A stretch of DNA of 59,014 nucleotides from Patescibacteria group bacterium (GTDB lineage: Bacteria; Patescibacteriota; Microgenomatia; Levybacterales; UBA12049): positions 1-59,014 of the forward strand of contig JBGTMH010000069.1 in assembly GCA_041743715.1 (NCBI GenBank), given 5' to 3'. Below the pieces are notes generated by a model that saw nothing but the letters and a program-made list of their open reading frames with translations, did not search any database and was not told where the DNA came from. Positions 54,355 to 59,014 of the stretch are shown piece by piece; the first letter of the stretch is position 1, and every line of letters starts with the position of its first letter. Both the position numbers and the translations under genes were made by a program.

Positions 54355-55161
54355 TTATTGCGCTTGGAGTAGCTTATCAATCACTATTGATACTCCGTCA
54401 TCTTCATAAGATGGTGCAATAAAATCTGCAATATGTTTTAACTCGTCAGGTGCATTTCCCATAGCTACTTTATACCCGCATGCTGCTAAGAGAGGATAAT
54501 CGTTGTAACTATCCCCGATTCCAACTATTTGCTGAGGATTTATATGCAAAAGCTTGGATAACTCAAAAACCGCTGTATATTTAGTCGCTTTTTTTGAAGT
54601 TATCTGCCAATTTTTCGAGTAAGGTGAATAACTTTTTACTACTTCTACCGACGAAATTTTCCCATTAATATTATTTTTGACAAAATCTTCAATCGATTTT
54701 TCTTCAAGAGAATCCGTCCATATAACTATTTTTGCAATATCTTCATAGGGCATCTCACTTATTTTTTTATATGTAACATCTGGGACTTCTGCGAATGGCT
54801 CTCCAGTCAGTGTGTACAGAATAGATCCTTTTTCTGCGGTAAATGGATACTTGCTTTCAAGGAGTATTTGAATCAATTTTTTTAAATCTTTACTTTTAAA
54901 ATACTCCGAATAAATAATCTTTCCTGTCTGAGGATCCACAATTTCAGTTCCGCCTCTCACAATTTGAGGATCAGTTAAATTTAATCGCTTACATTCATGC
55001 TGTATATGCTTATATTGTTTGCCTGTTGAAATAGAAAAATGATTTCCCTGACTTATCCATTGTTGTATCGAATTTGATACTTTAGATGAAATTTGCCAAT
55101 CCACTCCTGCCAATGTGCCATCAAAATCAGAAGCTATTACTTTATAATCACCACCTACCAT
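54355..55161 (-). CDS. Cof-type HAD-IIB phosphatase
   Basis: IASDFDGTL (motif I) and GIGDSYNDYPLL (motif IV). Start re-called to MVGGDYKV (ATG 55161), 6 nt after TGGTATACT. Confidence 0.85.
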   Translation of the reverse strand: MVGGDYKVIASDFDGTLAGVDWQISSKVSNSIQQWISQGNHFSISTGKQYKHIQHECKRLNLTDPQIVRGGTEIVDPQTGKIIYSEYFKSKDLKKLIQILLESKYPFTAEKGSILYTLTGEPFAEVPDVTYKKISEMPYEDIAKIVIWTDSLEEKSIEDFVKNNINGKISSVEVVKSYSPYSKNWQITSKKATKYTAVFELSKLLHINPQQIVGIGDSYNDYPLLAACGYKVAMGNAPDELKHIADFIAPSYEDDGVSIVIDKLLQAQ

Positions 55162-55194
55162 ACCTAGAGTATACCAAAATTCAAATTCGAGGTG

Positions 55195-55210
55195 GCTTCC
55201 AACCATAGGA
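55195..55210. repeat. intergenic repeat family copy C (box only): GCTTCCAACCATAGGA
   Basis: Shares GCTTCCAACC..GGA with copies A and B. Lies just upstream of the HAD promoter. Confidence 0.5.
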
Positions 55211-55330
55211 GAGAGAATAAAAACTCTAAAAAACAGCTCTCAGCAAAGTTGTGTTTTTATCGTGTTTTATGCGATAACACCGCGACGCCGAGAGCTGTCT
55301 CGAAGATTTACCCATAACTTTATTTTTCAC

Positions 55331-55816
55331 CTACCATACATGCGCTTTAAATCCCATCCCTTTGCCTCCATGGGGAATAAGATATTGCAAATCTATATCG
55401 TTTGCTTGCGCCCATTCTTTCAATTCTTGATGCTTTTTTTCAAAAGCTGCCTTCCGCTGCTCAGGAGTCATTGATCTTAACGATTCTTTGCCCACACTTT
55501 TATGCTCCTTGAGCTCTTTAAACTTCGTAATGATTGCTTGCTTTTGGGTTTCTGTTATCTTGCCGTCTTTTACAGCCTGCGTTAACTTCTCCTCAAAGCG
55601 GGCATGCATCTGAGCTTTACGCTGCGTGTGATGCTCATCAACCACTGCTTGTACCTCGTCTTTGTTCAGTCCAAATTTATCAGAAATTTTTTGAACAAGC
55701 GGAGACATATGGTCTTTATTAGTTGTGTCATTCTGAGCAAAAGCAGTCGATGCCGCAAGTGTTCCTGCACCAAGAACCGTAATCGCTACCGCTGTTAAAA
55801 TTATTTTTCTTTTCAT
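55331..55816 (-). CDS. exported Spy/CpxP-like (LTxxQ-motif) helical protein
   Basis: Signal peptide MKRKIILTAVAITVLGAGTLAASTAFA and two LTxxQ-like motifs (ITETQ, MTPEQ). Start re-called to ATG 55816 behind GGAGGTG. Confidence 0.65.
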   Translation of the reverse strand: MKRKIILTAVAITVLGAGTLAASTAFAQNDTTNKDHMSPLVQKISDKFGLNKDEVQAVVDEHHTQRKAQMHARFEEKLTQAVKDGKITETQKQAIITKFKELKEHKSVGKESLRSMTPEQRKAAFEKKHQELKEWAQANDIDLQYLIPHGGKGMGFKAHVW

Positions 55817-55898
55817 ATATTCACCTCCATTCTGTTTTAGCATGTGACTAGTGTATCGAAGGCGTCTTAAGAAACCCTTAAAAGGAGAAAATTCCTTT

Positions 55899-56933
55899 TT
55901 ACAGTGGGAGTTCGAAGATAAAGGTTGTTCCCCCGCCTGCATTGTTATGCGAAGCATTTAGAGCATTGCGGGCAGGACTATTTTCTTTGCTCCTTACAGT
56001 AATCGAACCACTATGGACAGCAATTATTTTCTTTGCAATAGACAACCCTAATCCAAAACCATCCTGATTCCGCGATTTGTCTGCTCTATAAAAGCGCTCA
56101 AATATATGAGGCAAATCTTTTTTAGCAATACCAACTCCTTGATCAGAAACAAATACTTTCACGTGTCTCTTGCTTACCTCCGTTGAAATGTTAACCGTCG
56201 ATTGATTTGGACTATATTTAATTGCGTTATCAAGAAGAATGACAAATACTTCGCGAAGACTGGAAATATTACCATTAATAGTAGTATTAGTAACGTCAGT
56301 CTTTATTGAAATTTGTTTTCGTTTCGCGAGGGGGCTCACTTTCTTAGTCGCCGATTTAATAATCTCTAAAAGTGATACTTTCTCCATATATTTCCCGGGA
56401 TTCGTATTATGGATTTGCGCAATTTTCAGTAGATTATTGGAGAGTTCTTGTAGAGTATCGAGCTCTTCTAGATTACTTTTAATTAACCCACGGGCTTTTT
56501 TATCACTAAGCTTTCTTTCTAACAAGCTCCCTTCCATTTCAGCCCGGAGCGTAGCAATGGGAGTACGCAGCTCATGTGATGCGTTTGAAATAAACTGATT
56601 TTGCTCATCAATCATACCCTTTATAGGTCTCAGTGTTCGTCCAGCAAGAAAATATCCCGCAGCACCGGCAATGATAAAGATAAACACATTGAGAATAACT
56701 AAATGAAATTTCAGTCGTTGTTTTGCACGTTGCAGCTCTTCCAATAAGAACGGTGGTGGTGGACGACCAATCGCTCCATTGTCTAACTGTTGCTGCTTAA
56801 ACTCTATCTTGTCAATAATATGCTGAATTTCGCGGGTTGAAGCATGATAAAACGCCACGCTAAATAAAATGCTAATGAGCATGATAATCAAAAGATACCA
56901 GGCAGTTAATTTCAGACGTGCCGATTCAAACAT
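55899..56933 (-). CDS. sensor histidine kinase (two TM, HisKA, HATPase_c)
   Basis: H-box SHELRTPIATL. N-box LLDNAIKYS. G-box GFGLGLSIA. Confidence 0.9.
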   Translation of the reverse strand: MFESARLKLTAWYLLIIMLISILFSVAFYHASTREIQHIIDKIEFKQQQLDNGAIGRPPPPFLLEELQRAKQRLKFHLVILNVFIFIIAGAAGYFLAGRTLRPIKGMIDEQNQFISNASHELRTPIATLRAEMEGSLLERKLSDKKARGLIKSNLEELDTLQELSNNLLKIAQIHNTNPGKYMEKVSLLEIIKSATKKVSPLAKRKQISIKTDVTNTTINGNISSLREVFVILLDNAIKYSPNQSTVNISTEVSKRHVKVFVSDQGVGIAKKDLPHIFERFYRADKSRNQDGFGLGLSIAKKIIAVHSGSITVRSKENSPARNALNASHNNAGGGTTFIFELPL

Positions 56934-56935
56934 GA

Positions 56936-57050
56936 CAAAAATTCAAAAGTAAAAAGTCAAAATGCAAAAGTACAAGTTAATATTCAAAATCTCTACTTAT
57001 TACTTTTGAGTTGCACTTTTGACTTTTGATTTTTGCCTTTTGACTTACTC
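56936..57050. repeat. low-complexity palindromic intergenic element, copy 2
   Basis: attcaaaagtaaaaagtcaaaatgcaaaagtaca faces cacttttgacttttgatttttgccttttgactt. Lies between the RR stop and the HK start, and its right end overlaps the RR stop codon. Confidence 0.8.
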
Positions 57051-57716
57051 ATTTATCGTATACCCTCTCCCACGGACTGTTTTAATGAGTTGCGTCTCAA
57101 ATGGCGTATCAATCTTATCCCTCAAATGTTTCATGTGCACTTCAACTGTACTTGGCAAAACGTCAGCATCATAGTTCCAGACATGGGCAACAATTTGCTC
57201 ACGCGTCAGAACGGCATTTTTGTTGCGGAGTAAGTATTCAAGAAGTGAGTATTCTTTGATTGATAAATTTATCACGTGTTCACCTCGCTTGACGGCAAAT
57301 GTCGTCGGATTGAGTGTTAAATCTTTGACCATTAATACTGTATTATTTACCTGCAACGGACGTCTCACCAAAGCTCGAATCCTCGCAAAAAGTTCCTCAA
57401 ACGAAAACGGCTTGACGATGTAATCATCCGCACCCACATCGAGCCCGGTTACCTTATCACTTACTTGTCCCTTTGCTGTAAGCAGAATAATTGGCGTATG
57501 AACACCTTCTACCCTAATCAATTTACAAACTTCCAATCCATCAATCTCCGGCAACATAATATCCAAAATAATGAGGTCAAACTTCTCTCCAACAGCCAAA
57601 TCGAGCCCCTGCGTACCAGTCGTCACAAAATCCACCGCATACTTCTGCAACTCCAAAGCCCGCTTCATAGCATACCCCAACTTCATCTCATCCTCAACAA
57701 TTAATATTCTCATCAC
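57045..57716 (-). CDS. OmpR/PhoB-family response regulator
   Basis: Receiver ILIVEDE, DLIILDIMLP, ILLTAK. Winged helix LSIKEYSLLEYLL...VRGRGY. Confidence 0.95.
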   Translation of the reverse strand: MMRILIVEDEMKLGYAMKRALELQKYAVDFVTTGTQGLDLAVGEKFDLIILDIMLPEIDGLEVCKLIRVEGVHTPIILLTAKGQVSDKVTGLDVGADDYIVKPFSFEELFARIRALVRRPLQVNNTVLMVKDLTLNPTTFAVKRGEHVINLSIKEYSLLEYLLRNKNAVLTREQIVAHVWNYDADVLPSTVEVHMKHLRDKIDTPFETQLIKTVRGRGYTINE

Positions 57717-57880
57717 GGTAAATTCTAAACCTGCTATCTTAAGGTTTGCTTAAGATTGATGAGAACATTATACTCCCCTTTTTCTATAATCTTTCAAGTA
57801 ATGGGGTTTCATGTTGATGTTAGTTAAGAAAAGTGGGGATCTTTTTATCTCCAGCGGATATAGTTCATTTCATATAAGCT

Positions 57881-58276
57881 TTAATTATTCAATTCTTCTA
57901 CTACTTCTTCTATTGTTTGCTTTCTTGTCACAGAAGGGTGAAGATAAAAAAGATTTGATTCCAGATACGGACCAATCACATACACTTTTGGTTTACCATG
58001 TAACGAAGAGGAAAGTAAGGCAGCACCAAATTCAGTTGTACTTCCTGCTCCAGTTTTTTCCGTTGTTAAAAGGACAAATATTTCACAATCAAGAACTGCT
58101 TTTACGTCTTCTATAGCATATTGTGTTGCAAGACTGCGATTTGAGTCTGTGACAGGCTGAACATGTTCGTGAGTAGTCCAATCTGTTGTTATTTCATGAC
58201 CATGCCCTTTCAAAATTTTTTGTAAACTTTTCACTCTATCTATATTGGCAAACCTTGAAGCAACATATATTTTCAT
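57881..58276 (-). CDS. nucleoside 2-deoxyribosyltransferase-like (flavodoxin-like fold) protein
   Basis: KIYVASRF...GHEITTDW...DVKAVLDCEIFVLL...GAGSTTEFGAAL...GKPKVYVI matches the general NDT-like pattern. The assignment is tentative. Confidence 0.45.
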   Translation of the reverse strand: MKIYVASRFANIDRVKSLQKILKGHGHEITTDWTTHEHVQPVTDSNRSLATQYAIEDVKAVLDCEIFVLLTTEKTGAGSTTEFGAALLSSSLHGKPKVYVIGPYLESNLFYLHPSVTRKQTIEEVVEELNN

Positions 58277-58344
58277 ATAATAAGGCAGTATACCATAGTT
58301 GAGTTTAAGTATTCAAAATCCAAGCTGGACAATTTTGGAGCGTT

Positions 58345-58611
58345 TTATTCAACCTCACCATTCTTTGTAATTTTAGTATCTTCATACGGACCCACTATTT
58401 TCCTGTACAATTCCTGAGTTATTGCAGTTAAAACACCGAGTGCCCTGTTAAAATGAAAATACTTCTGAGGATATACATGTTTGATTATTTTTGTCACTGC
58501 ATAATTCAATGAACCATCCTGGTCTTCTAAAGGAAGTGATTTTAAATGTTCTATAAGAGGTTTAACAAGTTCATCTATTGCAGGACGTTGTTCTTTTTTT
58601 ATGTAAGGCAT
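58345..58611 (-). CDS. hypothetical small protein
   Basis: 88-aa ORF. TGATATAAT lies 6 nt upstream of the ATG. No recognised motif. Confidence 0.55.
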   Translation of the reverse strand: MPYIKKEQRPAIDELVKPLIEHLKSLPLEDQDGSLNYAVTKIIKHVYPQKYFHFNRALGVLTAITQELYRKIVGPYEDTKITKNGEVE

Positions 58612-58640
58612 ACTGCGATTATATCAAATTAACGAGCTCT

Positions 58641-58674
58641 AACACCCGGTGTTAAATAGCTTCGAACATAAGGA
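58641..58674. repeat. intergenic repeat family copy D: AACACCCGGTGTT palindrome + GCTTCGAACATAAGGA box
   Basis: aacacccggtgttaaatagcttc is identical to copy A (15386..15408). Confidence 0.75.
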
Positions 58675-58746
58675 CTTCTTAAAAAAACTGCTACAATCAG
58701 TAAGAATAGTACATTTTTCTTTTCTCACGAGATAAGATACTTAAAC

Positions 58747-58779
58747 AAAAAAACCTGCAAACACCTTCGGCCTCGCAGG
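58747..58779 (-). terminator. rho-independent terminator on the minus strand
   Basis: On the minus strand: CCTGC...GCAGG stem (58779..58754) with further inner G-C/G-U pairs, followed by T7 (58753..58747). Confidence 0.6.
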
Positions 58780-59014
58780 AGAGTTTAGCAATATTATCCT
58801 ACAACATAGGCGCTTAAGTGTCAGTGTAATGCTATCAATTCTGAACATTAGGAATTATAGAGAAAATGTCTAACTTCGGTACTGAGCCAGGAGATGGTAT
58901 CCACTCCAGGGGCCTAAATCGACAGAGATGTTGTCAAGGAAAAGAGGAGGCACAATTCTGATTCTATCATCAAGTGTTGGCAACTGGGAAGATAAATGTT
59001 GGTATGGGGTAATT

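Noticed and set aside
58780-58990. Known structured RNAs (SRP/4.5S RNA, tmRNA, RNase P RNA, TPP/SAM/glycine riboswitches)
   Set aside because: I could not find any of the conserved cores in either strand: GGAAGCAGCC-type SRP domain IV, the GGGG..UGA tmRNA 5' end, GAGGAAAGUCC of RNase P, or CUGAGA/ACCUGA of the TPP riboswitch.

Overview
AT-rich bacterial chromosomal segment with tightly packed genes. I found no rRNA, tRNA, CRISPR array, integrase or transposase. The gene content suggests an uncultivated, reduced-genome lineage such as CPR/Patescibacteria; this is inference, not proof. It shows many membrane-anchored extracytoplasmic proteases, almost no biosynthesis, many lineage-specific soluble hypotheticals, a free-standing four-helix-bundle (23S-IVS type) gene, and mostly leaderless gene starts. 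Recognisable content: rpsF-ssb-rpsR followed by a protease array (S41 Ctp, HtrA); a giant duplicated CPBP protease; ychF; hicAB and vapBC-type toxin-antitoxin pairs. DNA-repair genes include a DnaQ-GIY-YIG fusion, an interrupted AlkD-like gene, Ku+LigD and an Ada-Ogt fusion. A MarR/fasciclin/DipZ/MsrB redox-repair cluster is present, as are two two-component systems: one MASE1-PAS kinase with three stand-alone receivers, and one Cpx-like RR-HK-Spy/CpxP cassette. The ORF track prints M for GTG/TTG starts, so several starts were re-called. The most interesting signal is a 49-aa ORF below the track cutoff (37864..38013). It has a double-glycine-type leader and a Gly/Phe-rich, CxxCxxC C-terminus, and sits behind a structured GC-rich leader. 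Immediately downstream is an M50 (YydH/S2P-like) membrane metalloprotease with a PqqD/RRE-like N-terminal domain. This is a candidate undescribed peptide maturation or intramembrane-processing module. Other notable items are a 618-aa protein made of four tandem OmpR-type winged helices, several families of low-complexity palindromic intergenic elements, and a TTGATAC iteron-like array.
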